Shown here: positions 48,552 through 57,200 of the stretch, piece after piece | Position numbering within the stretch: the first letter of the stretch is position 1 | Layout of the letters: every line of letters starts with the position of its first letter | Source of the DNA: Oceanispirochaeta sp. | Lineage (GTDB): Bacteria > Spirochaetota > Spirochaetia > DSM-2461 | DNA length: 64,000 nucleotides | Reading direction: 5' to 3' | Assembly (NCBI GenBank): GCA_963666275.2 | Contig: CAXXOA010000002.1 | Location: 1,696,001-1,760,000 of the forward strand | Position numbers and translations under genes: made by a program | Notes under the pieces: generated by a model | What the model saw: only the letters and a program-made list of their open reading frames with translations | Databases searched by the model: none | What the model was told of the DNA's origin: nothing

Positions 48552-48577
48552 GGGATTTTTTATTCAGTCAATACCGA

Positions 48578-49438
48578 TCAGTCAAAGACAATCGTCTTGT
48601 TGCCGAACACCAGGATCTTATGTTCCAGGTGGAGAATCACTCCCCGGGAGAGGACCATCTTTTCCAGGTTTCTCCCTTTCTCGACCAGATTGTTCACGCT
48701 GTCTCTGTGGTTCACCCTGGTCACATCCTGGGCAATGATGGGACCCTGATCCAGATCTTCGGTAACATAGTGACTGGTGGCTCCGATCAGTTTAACTCCC
48801 CGGGAAAAGGCCTGATGATAGGGTTTGGCCCCCACGAAAGCCGGAAGGAAGGAGTGGTGTATATTGATGATCCGGTGAGGAAAGGACTCGACAAATTTAC
48901 TGGAGAGGATCTGCATATACCGGGCCAGCACAATCAGATCGATCTTTTCTTTTTTCAGAAGGGCAATCTGTTCTCTCTCCACTTCTTTCTTGGTCTCTTT
49001 TGTCACCGGAAAGTGGTAGAAGGGGATCCCGAAGTATTCCGCAATGGGGCCGGCATCGGGATGATTGCTTACAATCATCTTTATATTGGCCTTCAGTTCT
49101 CCCGCTCTGTTGCGGAGCAGAAGTTCATAGAGGCAGTGGTCGTATTTGGATACCATAATCGCCAGATTTCTCACATCCGATGAGAATTCAAGCTTCCAGT
49201 TCATTTCGAATTTGATGGCAATCGGTTCAAAGGCGGAGGCTATTTTTCCGGAAGGCAGAGCAAAATCCGTCAGATCCCACTCCACTCTCATAAAAAACAT
49301 ACCCGATTCATCGTAGTGCTGGTCACAGTTGAGGATATTCCCCTCATACATGGTAATGAAGTGTGTTATTTCCGCTACGATCCCTTTCCGGTCCACACAG
49401 GATAAAAAAAGGATGGCTGATTCAGGCTTTGTACTCAT
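48578..49438 (-). CDS. purU: Formyltetrahydrofolate deformylase
   Basis: ACT domain, MVSKYDHCL, LARYMQILS, INIHHSFLPAF, LDQGPII. Confidence 0.96.
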   Translation of the reverse strand: MSTKPESAILFLSCVDRKGIVAEITHFITMYEGNILNCDQHYDESGMFFMRVEWDLTDFALPSGKIASAFEPIAIKFEMNWKLEFSSDVRNLAIMVSKYDHCLYELLLRNRAGELKANIKMIVSNHPDAGPIAEYFGIPFYHFPVTKETKKEVEREQIALLKKEKIDLIVLARYMQILSSKFVESFPHRIINIHHSFLPAFVGAKPYHQAFSRGVKLIGATSHYVTEDLDQGPIIAQDVTRVNHRDSVNNLVEKGRNLEKMVLSRGVILHLEHKILVFGNKTIVFD

Positions 49439-49540
49439 TTTTTGTCTCTCCACAATTCAGGCACAGGCCGGAAACCTCTGCCGCTCAGGTAGCTAGGCAT
49501 TATATAGAGAATCCGGCGCTTGGAAAAGGGCCGCCCCGGC

Positions 49541-50914
49541 CTAATCCTCCAGGGCTTCCACCAGTTTACGGAATTTGTCTCCCCTGTCAAACTCGTTGAT
49601 AAACATACCGAACGAGGTGGCTCCAGGCGAAAGCAGGACGGCATCCCCCGGAAGGGCGTCCTGAAGGGCCTTCTGAAACGCCGGCTCCAGCGAAGAGAAG
49701 GGGCCGTTGTAGGGGATTCCTTTCGTGTTCAGGAGAGAGATGATCTTCTTTGTGGCGGTTCCTTCCAGAAGATAGAGGGAGGCGGCTCGCTCCAGATCCT
49801 CCAGCACTCCGGTGTAATCCAGTTCCTTGTCGTTCCCACCGGCAATCAGCCGGACCGGGGTTTCAAAGCTGTTGATTCCCGCGGCCATGGCTTCGGGAAT
49901 GGTGGCTGTGGTGTCATTGTAAAAGCGGATATCCCGCCAGGTCCGGACCAGTTCCATTCGGTAGGGAACCCCTCCGAAAGACTCCAGCCCCCTGCGTATG
50001 GTTTCCCCGTCTATGCCGTAGAGGAAGGCAGCCGCAGCCGCGATCAGGCAGTTCTGACGGAAGTATTTTCCCGGTACCTTCAGGGCTGCAGGGAGCAGGG
50101 ATTCGGCCTGACCCTCCTTTTCGGGGTTCTGAAAGAATCCCCGGGAGCCTTCCTGCCAGATACTTGTATTCTCACTCTCTGTCAGATCGTAGAAAAGGGC
50201 GCGGCCGGGACATTCGGAAGCAAACTCCCGGCCGTAGCTGTCATTGAAGAACAGGCTGTACTGATCGGGGGTCTGGCCCCTGTAAATGACTTTTTTGTCG
50301 TCCACATAATCGGAAAAAGAGGCATACATATTCTGATGATCGTTCATGATATTTGTGATGACGCTGATCCGGGGATGGAGAAGATCCCGGCCCTTCAGAT
50401 CGCCCAGCTGCCAGGAGGAGAGTTCCAGTATGACAGGTTCCTCTCCTGTGAGTTCCTCCAGAAACGTGAGGGGAGAGACTGTAATGTTGCCTCCCAGCCG
50501 GGGATTTTTCCCCGCTTCCCTGAGGATGGCATAGAGGGCTGAGACCACGGTGGATTTACCCTTGCTTCCTGTCACCGCAAGAATCGGGCTGGAGCAGTTG
50601 GCCAGGAAAACAGAAATATCAGTCTCCACCTGTTTTGATGCTTTCAGGTAGGGAGAATCAGCCGGGACGGCGGGGTTTTTTATGACCAGGTCGGCCTGTT
50701 CGAAGTCCTCCATTCTGTGCTCCCCCAGAACATAGCGGACAGGAAGATCTTTCAGTTTTTCAAGAGACGGGGCGAGTATTTCGGCCGATCTCAGATCCGT
50801 GGCAGTGACCTGCGCTCCCAGGGAGGCAAAATACCGGACGCTTGCCAGCCCGCCGCCGTTCAGTCCCAGCCCCATAACGGTGATTTTTTTGTTTTTGAAT
50901 GATCCGGGGGTCAT
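49541..50914 (-). CDS. murD: UDP-MurNAc-L-Ala-D-glutamate ligase
   Basis: MGLGLNGGG, VTGSKGKST, LELSSWQL, FYNDT, LLSPG..SF..F..RG. Confidence 0.93.
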   Translation of the reverse strand: MTPGSFKNKKITVMGLGLNGGGLASVRYFASLGAQVTATDLRSAEILAPSLEKLKDLPVRYVLGEHRMEDFEQADLVIKNPAVPADSPYLKASKQVETDISVFLANCSSPILAVTGSKGKSTVVSALYAILREAGKNPRLGGNITVSPLTFLEELTGEEPVILELSSWQLGDLKGRDLLHPRISVITNIMNDHQNMYASFSDYVDDKKVIYRGQTPDQYSLFFNDSYGREFASECPGRALFYDLTESENTSIWQEGSRGFFQNPEKEGQAESLLPAALKVPGKYFRQNCLIAAAAAFLYGIDGETIRRGLESFGGVPYRMELVRTWRDIRFYNDTTATIPEAMAAGINSFETPVRLIAGGNDKELDYTGVLEDLERAASLYLLEGTATKKIISLLNTKGIPYNGPFSSLEPAFQKALQDALPGDAVLLSPGATSFGMFINEFDRGDKFRKLVEALED

Positions 50915-51040
50915 TTATGCCTCACTTGTGCGAATATATGATATGGCCGATAATATCATAAAGGCCCTATTTTGATAATGGCCTTACTGCATGACCTTCC
51001 CGTACTGTTGCGAAGGGGGAAGTTTGAGGAGAAGAGTTTT

Positions 51041-52018
51041 ATGATCAGATTTCGGACAGGGCTGATCCTCCGGCTGATGTTAATATTACCGCTGGCAGCA
51101 GGAGCCCAGGAAAAGGCGGAAATCGTCTTTGCCCAGGGAGAGGGGTTTTCTCTGGTACGGAATGGAAACACCGAATTTCATGACCTCTATCTGGAAGCCG
51201 CAGAGGGAATGACTCTCCTCCCGGGCGATGTGATCCTCACGGAAGAAGATACCTGGATGGAGATTGAACTCAACCATTCGAACTCTCTTATCAAAATTGC
51301 CGAAAATACGACCTTTACCATCAGTTCTCTGGAGAACAGCGGAGGGACCTTTCAGGTCTCCTACGGCAGGATCAGAGCCCGGGTGGAAAAACTCTCGGAT
51401 GAGACACCTTTCTGGATTCAGGGGGTGGATACTGTGGCCGGCGTCAGAGGCACCGACTTCGGTTATGATCTGTTCTACGACAGGGAATCCCCGGAATTGA
51501 CAAGAACCGATGTGTACTGTTTTAAAGGGAAGGTTGAGGTCGTTCAGATCCCGGTCTCTGCAGATGGGACGGCGGGAACTCCTGAAAAGGGAGAAGAAGG
51601 AACGGCCCGGTCGGTTATTATAGGAAAAAATGAGATGGTATCGGTCCTCTCCGACTCCAGGGAAACTCTGGAAGTGGAGAGTGTTACCCGGGAGCTGAAA
51701 GAGTACTGGGATATCAATGAGTTCCAATATGAACCGATTCAGGAGAAGACTCCCATCAATCCCGAGGTCAACAGTTTTGCCGCTTTTCACAATGATTCCA
51801 GGCAGCTGAGGCAGGCCGCCCTGTTTTCCGGTGTGTCCGGAGCCCTTATTACGGCGACGGGACTGGCCGGCTATTTTGCCGCAGACAGTCCTCCAAGCTT
51901 TGCCATCGGCATGGGCAGTGTCGGAGGCGTTCTTATGGGCGGTGCGGGATACTTTGCCATCCGTGCCCTGATCCTGGACAGCCGCTCAGGGGCCGAGGTT
52001 CCCGCAGAGCAGCCCTAA
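51041..52018 (+). CDS. FecR-domain protein with C-terminal TM helices
   Basis: Signal peptide; IKIAENT, TVAGVRGTDF, CFKGKVEV. Confidence 0.8.
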   Translation: MIRFRTGLILRLMLILPLAAGAQEKAEIVFAQGEGFSLVRNGNTEFHDLYLEAAEGMTLLPGDVILTEEDTWMEIELNHSNSLIKIAENTTFTISSLENSGGTFQVSYGRIRARVEKLSDETPFWIQGVDTVAGVRGTDFGYDLFYDRESPELTRTDVYCFKGKVEVVQIPVSADGTAGTPEKGEEGTARSVIIGKNEMVSVLSDSRETLEVESVTRELKEYWDINEFQYEPIQEKTPINPEVNSFAAFHNDSRQLRQAALFSGVSGALITATGLAGYFAADSPPSFAIGMGSVGGVLMGGAGYFAIRALILDSRSGAEVPAEQP

Positions 52019-53400
52019 AGATCTTCGATGGTTCTGTTCAGACTGACAATCAGCCAGTTCCCTTTCTTCTGCTGTTCCAGAACAGCCGTATCTCTGACCC
52101 TGAATCCCCGGGGATAAACTCCCTCAATGCTCTGGTTCTCCTCTTCGGGAACTTCCGGGTACCACTTTTCATAGACTATCTGGTACCGGGTCTCTTCCAG
52201 ACGGGTAATCTGACTGTTTGTGATTCCATAGACTGTGATTCCCGGATCGGGAAGGGGCCGTCCCCGGTCTGTCCACTCCTGAGCGCTCATAAATCCTGTA
52301 GAACCCTCATATCCCTGGCGGACTCTGGTTGTGACAAAAAGATTCATAACCTCCTTGAGATCCTGCCGACCGGCTTTTTTGTCTATACAGTCTTCCATCA
52401 GTTCCTGGTTGAGAGTCTTGAAGGATCCGTAATAGGCTTCCACAACCTCATCCGGAGACATGCCCATGGTTTCCGGAGGAGCCAGCGCCTCCTTGACGGG
52501 AGCTGTGAGGAAGGCAATAAGGATACCGGCAATGATAAAGGCCGTAAGAATGATGGTCCTTTTTCTCCGCCAGAATCCTTTGAGTTCTATCCTGGTTTTC
52601 CGGCGGGATTCCAGTTCCGCCCTCTGTTTTTCAAGAGCTTCCTTTTCCTCCTCTTTCAGAGGAACGAATATCTCATCCTTTTCCCATTGATCCAGATAGG
52701 GGCGCCAGGAAACCAGCCCGGGAGGCTTCTCCCGGGGATCCAGGTTGGCCACCACAAACTCTGAAAACTCTTTTTTCAGACCCGGGGCCCTGAAAAGAGG
52801 GGGGATCACAGGCTGGGTTCTGATCTCCTCGGCCAGTTCGTCTCCCGGAGCACTGTAGGGATTTTCTCCCGTCAGATACCTGTAGGTCAGAACGGCCAGA
52901 GAGAAACTGAGGCCCTCAAGCCCCTGCCTGTCGGGATGGTTGAAAGGGGCCCAGCAGGATTCCTTCACCTCTTCTGTCTGGTTTCTGCGAATAAAGTCCA
53001 TCAGCTCCGGAGGGAGCAGCAGTACTCTCCTGTCCTCAAGGATCATCCATCCCCGGGAAAAGAACCCCTGAACAGGGAGATTCTTCTCCCCCGCCAGGAT
53101 CATGATCCTTCCCAGGAGGATCAGATCCTGAGTTTCAAGGTTTTCAGGCCGGGCTGTTTTACCTTTGACAGGAGGGCCGAAGAAAACCATCTGGCCCTGA
53201 TCCTCCAGAATGCCTTCGAGATTCCAGGGGGTCATCCCTCCTGACAGATCCAGTATCCAGCCCCTGCCGCTCTGGAGCCTGCCGATATCGACCGACCTGA
53301 ATACCCGGGAGCTGAGGCTGCTGGCTATTCCAGTTTTCGTACCCTCCGGTCCGGTCAGTTCTGCCAGACCGTCGGAGAGATAGGTAATTTCATAGTCCAT
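52015..53400 (-). CDS. Membrane protein with a degenerate protein-kinase-like cytoplasmic domain
   Basis: SFSLAVLTYRYLTGENPY resembles subdomain IX and PPLFRAPGL...DPREKP resembles X-XI; no HRD or DFG; one TM, then an extracytoplasmic domain. Confidence 0.5.
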   Translation of the reverse strand: MDYEITYLSDGLAELTGPEGTKTGIASSLSSRVFRSVDIGRLQSGRGWILDLSGGMTPWNLEGILEDQGQMVFFGPPVKGKTARPENLETQDLILLGRIMILAGEKNLPVQGFFSRGWMILEDRRVLLLPPELMDFIRRNQTEEVKESCWAPFNHPDRQGLEGLSFSLAVLTYRYLTGENPYSAPGDELAEEIRTQPVIPPLFRAPGLKKEFSEFVVANLDPREKPPGLVSWRPYLDQWEKDEIFVPLKEEEKEALEKQRAELESRRKTRIELKGFWRRKRTIILTAFIIAGILIAFLTAPVKEALAPPETMGMSPDEVVEAYYGSFKTLNQELMEDCIDKKAGRQDLKEVMNLFVTTRVRQGYEGSTGFMSAQEWTDRGRPLPDPGITVYGITNSQITRLEETRYQIVYEKWYPEVPEEENQSIEGVYPRGFRVRDTAVLEQQKKGNWLIVSLNRTIEDL

Positions 53401-53402
53401 TT

Positions 53403-53948
53403 TTAAAGGTCCTTTTTTTCTGAAATGATAATGGCGGAAAACCGGAAGAGCCTGTACTCTCCCTTTCGCCAGTGGTTCCGGGGAAGCCCCGCTTTCAGGC
53501 AGAGATGATCCATAAACTCCTCCCGCTCCCAGCCCTGCTCCGTGGCCACCTGGGGAAGGAACAGGCCGGAATGAAAGCCCGCGCGGATAAGAGCGCCATG
53601 GACTCCCATTTCAAGTTCATCGGGAGAGTCTATCTCCTCGGGTGGAGTCAGAAGGGAGATCTCCAGATCGATCAGTTCCAGTTCCTCCTGCCCGAGGGGG
53701 GGGAATCGGGGATCCCGGAAGGCGGCCGACCGGGCGGCATCTTCCAGAGTCGTCTCCAGCGGGTCTTCTGCTATGGTATAGCCGATGCAGCCTCTCAGCT
53801 GTCCGGCTTTATGGATTGTCACAAAAGCACCGCAGGGAGGGTAGGAGGAAAAATCCGGTTTCGGGGGAATCTCTTCTCCCAGTGCTCCGGTGATAACCTG
53901 CCGGACCCACTGGAGCATCTGCCGTTTATCCCTGTCTGAAACTGTCAT
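53403..53948 (-). CDS. amrA: AmmeMemoRadiSam system protein A (AMMECR1 family)
   Basis: GAFVT...LRGCIG, AAFRDPRF, GLFLPQVA, LCLKAGL. Confidence 0.93.
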   Translation of the reverse strand: MTVSDRDKRQMLQWVRQVITGALGEEIPPKPDFSSYPPCGAFVTIHKAGQLRGCIGYTIAEDPLETTLEDAARSAAFRDPRFPPLGQEELELIDLEISLLTPPEEIDSPDELEMGVHGALIRAGFHSGLFLPQVATEQGWEREEFMDHLCLKAGLPRNHWRKGEYRLFRFSAIIISEKKDL

Positions 53949-54799
53949 GGTGTTTCCTCCTGCGGGGGACCGGGCCAGCTGAAGGCTCCGTAGAAGACGC
54001 CCTTGATGGTTCCGTGATCCTGAACCCTGGAGTTCTGCTGAAACAGAAATCGGGCCTTTCCCGCGAGTGGGCTCATCTCAGAAGCCAGAGTGAGGACCAC
54101 AGAACCGCAGGTGGATATATGCCCCTGTTTCTCCTCTTCCGGTAGGGAGTGTTCCAGAGGAAAGCTCATCATTTTTTTCAGATTATCCCCGTGGGTTTCG
54201 GCTGTTTCCAGAGGCAGGAAATCGCTGAGATTCAGGGTCAGAACCGTCAGAACTCTTCCGGATTCATTCTTTACAGCCTCCTTCAGGAGCTCTGCCGCCT
54301 TCCGGATGGTCTTCCGGTTCAGCTTTCCCGTGAGAATCGGCAGGATCCTGGCATGGGGAAACAGGTGCCGGATATAGGGCAGCTGCACTTCCAGGCTGTG
54401 TTCCTCCCTGTGGGGGATGTCATCCACCCGGAAGGGCCCTTTTTCCGTTATCAGGGCTTTCCGCATTTTTCTGTTCACCTCCACAGGCCCCAGAGGGGTT
54501 TCAAACCAGGACTTTTCCGGTAGGGAGAGGTAGGGATGGGCGGTCTCCCTGTGTACCGGGCCTATGAGGATCACCGTATCCGGCATGGTCCTGCTGCAGG
54601 CGGCAAAACCGGACGCAATGGTATCTCCGCAAACCGAATAGGAGCCGTGGGGAGTCACAATGACCGAGGCATCACCCTGAGTGTGGTCCTTCAGCTTTTC
54701 CGTCAGAAGGTTTTGCAGTTCATCCCGCTCTCCGGGATAGAACAGTCCGCTTACCAGGCAGGGCCTGATCTGTTTCGGGGGAATTCCTTTGTTACTCAT
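53945..54799 (-). CDS. amrB: AmmeMemoRadiSam system protein B (MEMO1 family), atypical active site
   Basis: GLFYP, PHGSY, GPVH, FETPLG, EHSLEVQLP, STCG. Confidence 0.88.
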   Translation of the reverse strand: MSNKGIPPKQIRPCLVSGLFYPGERDELQNLLTEKLKDHTQGDASVIVTPHGSYSVCGDTIASGFAACSRTMPDTVILIGPVHRETAHPYLSLPEKSWFETPLGPVEVNRKMRKALITEKGPFRVDDIPHREEHSLEVQLPYIRHLFPHARILPILTGKLNRKTIRKAAELLKEAVKNESGRVLTVLTLNLSDFLPLETAETHGDNLKKMMSFPLEHSLPEEEKQGHISTCGSVVLTLASEMSPLAGKARFLFQQNSRVQDHGTIKGVFYGAFSWPGPPQEETP

Positions 54800-56190
54800 G
54801 CCAGATCTTCTCTCAGTTTTTTTATTCTTGTTTCATCCAGTTTTATATGGAGATTCTTCTCTTTTGTGGGAAGGACCAGTCCTTTTTTTCCCTCCCGGGG
54901 CCGCCGAAGGTACTTCACCTGAGTGTAATACACATCCGCCTGTCCGGATTTTTTCGCTTTGCTGTAGAAGACAGCCAGGTTTCCTCCGTCCAGCAGAACC
55001 TCCAGGGGAACCGTTTTGTTCCGGGGGGTCCGGATGAAAATATACCCTCCCGGATAATCCCGGGTATGAAGCCAGTAGTCATTGCCCCTCACATGATGGC
55101 GCAGGAGTTCATCATTTTCTCTGGAATTGCGTCCCGCCAGAAGGGTGAAGCCTCCGGAACGGAAAGAGAGTCCAGGCTGGCGGTTCTCTTTGTCCCGGTT
55201 TCCACCGGTACTTTCCCGGGGGATCAGAGCCTCAATTTCTTCCGGATCCGAGGTTTCCTCAAGGATCCGTCTTTTCTGTTCAATCCCTTTCAGTTTGTTT
55301 TCAAGGAGTTCCACTTCCTCCCGGGTCATTGCCCGGCCTCTGGCGGCTTTTCCTGCCTTTTTATAGTAGTCCTGGGCATTTTCAACGGGACTTTTTCTGG
55401 GATCCAGGGGGATCGGATCTCCCTCTCCGTACTCAAAGGAGGTTTCCCCTCTGGACAGAAGGTGGAGGGAACTCATCAGGATATCCCCCCGTTCTCTCAG
55501 CTGATCCTCCCGGCTGTACTCCTCCAGGCGTTTGCGAAGGCCTGTCAGGGAGGACTCATACTGGGATTCCAGAACATCCAGGGCTCGGGAGGCCTTTTTT
55601 TTCAGTTCGCTCAGGTCCCCGTCATTTTCCTGGTCCCTGTAGAATAGATCGAGCCCCTGATTGTAGTTTTCAGACAGCCCCAGGACCTCTTCGTTCAGTG
55701 TGAACACCCTGGACGGGGGCGGGCCTGTCAGCTCCTCGGGGCGGAAAGACTCTCCCGGTACCTCCTTCCGGGCGGGCCGGCGGGAAAAGGCATCCTGTAT
55801 GATGCCCTCGGGGGAACAGAGAACCAGATTGGCCGCTCCTCCCCAGAGACGGATATAGAGAAGGTGCTTTTCCTCTCCTTTGGTCAGGTCCATTCTTATG
55901 ATCCTCTCCCGGCCCAGCTGACGGATCCCTTCCAGACGGCAGCCTTTGATGCGGGACCGCAGGAGGGAGGTAAACCGGGGCGGTCTGGACAGGGAGGGAA
56001 ACTTCTCCCGGGTCTCATGGATCCTCATATTCTTTTTATCCAGACAGATCAGCAGGTTGATGGTCCTGCCGGGACGGTAGAACTCCATTATCAGATGATG
56101 GAAACTTGTCTGCCGTATATTCTGAAGAAAAGCTCCCTCCAGAGGGAGTTCCTCCAGTACTCTGTCAATTTCCACCCAGTTCAGCGACAT
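54796..56190 (-). CDS. NFACT family protein (RqcH/Rqc2/FbpA-like)
   Basis: NFACT-N (LLRSRI..., ERII), PLDPRKSPVENAQDYYKK, NFACT-R (GRNSRENDELL, DYWLHTRDYPGG). Confidence 0.9.
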   Translation of the reverse strand: MSLNWVEIDRVLEELPLEGAFLQNIRQTSFHHLIMEFYRPGRTINLLICLDKKNMRIHETREKFPSLSRPPRFTSLLRSRIKGCRLEGIRQLGRERIIRMDLTKGEEKHLLYIRLWGGAANLVLCSPEGIIQDAFSRRPARKEVPGESFRPEELTGPPPSRVFTLNEEVLGLSENYNQGLDLFYRDQENDGDLSELKKKASRALDVLESQYESSLTGLRKRLEEYSREDQLRERGDILMSSLHLLSRGETSFEYGEGDPIPLDPRKSPVENAQDYYKKAGKAARGRAMTREEVELLENKLKGIEQKRRILEETSDPEEIEALIPRESTGGNRDKENRQPGLSFRSGGFTLLAGRNSRENDELLRHHVRGNDYWLHTRDYPGGYIFIRTPRNKTVPLEVLLDGGNLAVFYSKAKKSGQADVYYTQVKYLRRPREGKKGLVLPTKEKNLHIKLDETRIKKLREDLA

Positions 56191-56193
56191 GAT

Positions 56194-56739
56194 TCAGTAC
56201 TCCTCCCGGGGTATATTCTCTGTGAAAATGTCCCTTCCTCTCGGGGAGAAAAAGACAAGGATGATCTGTTCGGGCAGGGGATGAGCCGCTGTGAATGCTT
56301 TGAGAACATCATACACCACCGGAGCGGCCAGTTCGGGAGGATAGCCGTAGACTCCCGTGGAAATGGCGGGAATGGCAAGGCTTTTCAGTCTTTGTTCAGC
56401 CGCCAGGGCCAGAGAGCTGGTATAGGCGTCCTTCAGCAGCTGTTCCTCTCCCTTATGTCCACCCCGCCAGACCGGGCCGACCGTATGGATCACATGACGG
56501 CAGGGGAGGCGGCCGGCGCCAGTGATGACAGCCTGCCCCGTGGGCAGCCCGGCGGGCCATCGGGTCTCCCTGATTTTCCGGCACTCCTCCAGAAGAGAGG
56601 GGCCGGCGGCGCTGTGGATCGCCCCGTCAACACCGCCCCCTCCCAGGAGAGAGCTGTTTGCGGCATTCACGATTCCCTCGACGGACAGTCCGGTAATATC
56701 CCCGGTTATGATTCTGACTCTGTTTTTGAACAATTCCAT
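56194..56739 (-). CDS. Macro domain O-acetyl-ADP-ribose deacetylase (YmdB-like)
   Basis: GDIT, IVNAANSSLLGGGGVDGAIH, VIHTVGP, PAISTGVYGYP. Confidence 0.93.
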   Translation of the reverse strand: MELFKNRVRIITGDITGLSVEGIVNAANSSLLGGGGVDGAIHSAAGPSLLEECRKIRETRWPAGLPTGQAVITGAGRLPCRHVIHTVGPVWRGGHKGEEQLLKDAYTSSLALAAEQRLKSLAIPAISTGVYGYPPELAAPVVYDVLKAFTAAHPLPEQIILVFFSPRGRDIFTENIPREEY

Positions 56740-56757
56740 AGACTCTCCTCTCCGTTC

Positions 56758-57144
56758 TTATAAGAATACACCTGTCAGGAAGGCTCCCGCCAGTAAAATC
56801 CCGCTGAGCAGAGGCAGTCTCCAGGGATGGCTCCTTCTGAGGCTCCTTTTCCGGAAAAGGAACATGAGAAACAGGGGAGAAATTCCCAGAATGACATGGA
56901 GAGGGGGAAAATGCCCTGTTACGCCCGAAGTGATCAGTCCGGTGATCAGAGTTAAAGGCAGAAACAGCTGGGAGAGCTGAAGGATTATGCGGTCTGCCCT
57001 GCGGGGACTTTTATGCTGTTTTATAAGAATGAAGGACCTGATGAGAAAGAGCCCGTGAGAGATTATAAGAATCGATGCGCATATAAGATGAATCATCCTG
57101 TTCATAGTGATCATACTGTATAGGGAAAAACTGAAAATATCCAC
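56758..57144 (-). CDS. Small integral membrane hypothetical protein
   Basis: About four hydrophobic helices; heads the macro-NFACT operon; start uncertain. Confidence 0.6.
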   Translation of the reverse strand: MDIFSFSLYSMITMNRMIHLICASILIISHGLFLIRSFILIKQHKSPRRADRIILQLSQLFLPLTLITGLITSGVTGHFPPLHVILGISPLFLMFLFRKRSLRRSHPWRLPLLSGILLAGAFLTGVFL

Positions 57145-57200
57145 TGACTTTTCTTTCCAGAGAAATCCCTGATTTTGAAGGATAAAGATTTACAAATAAA

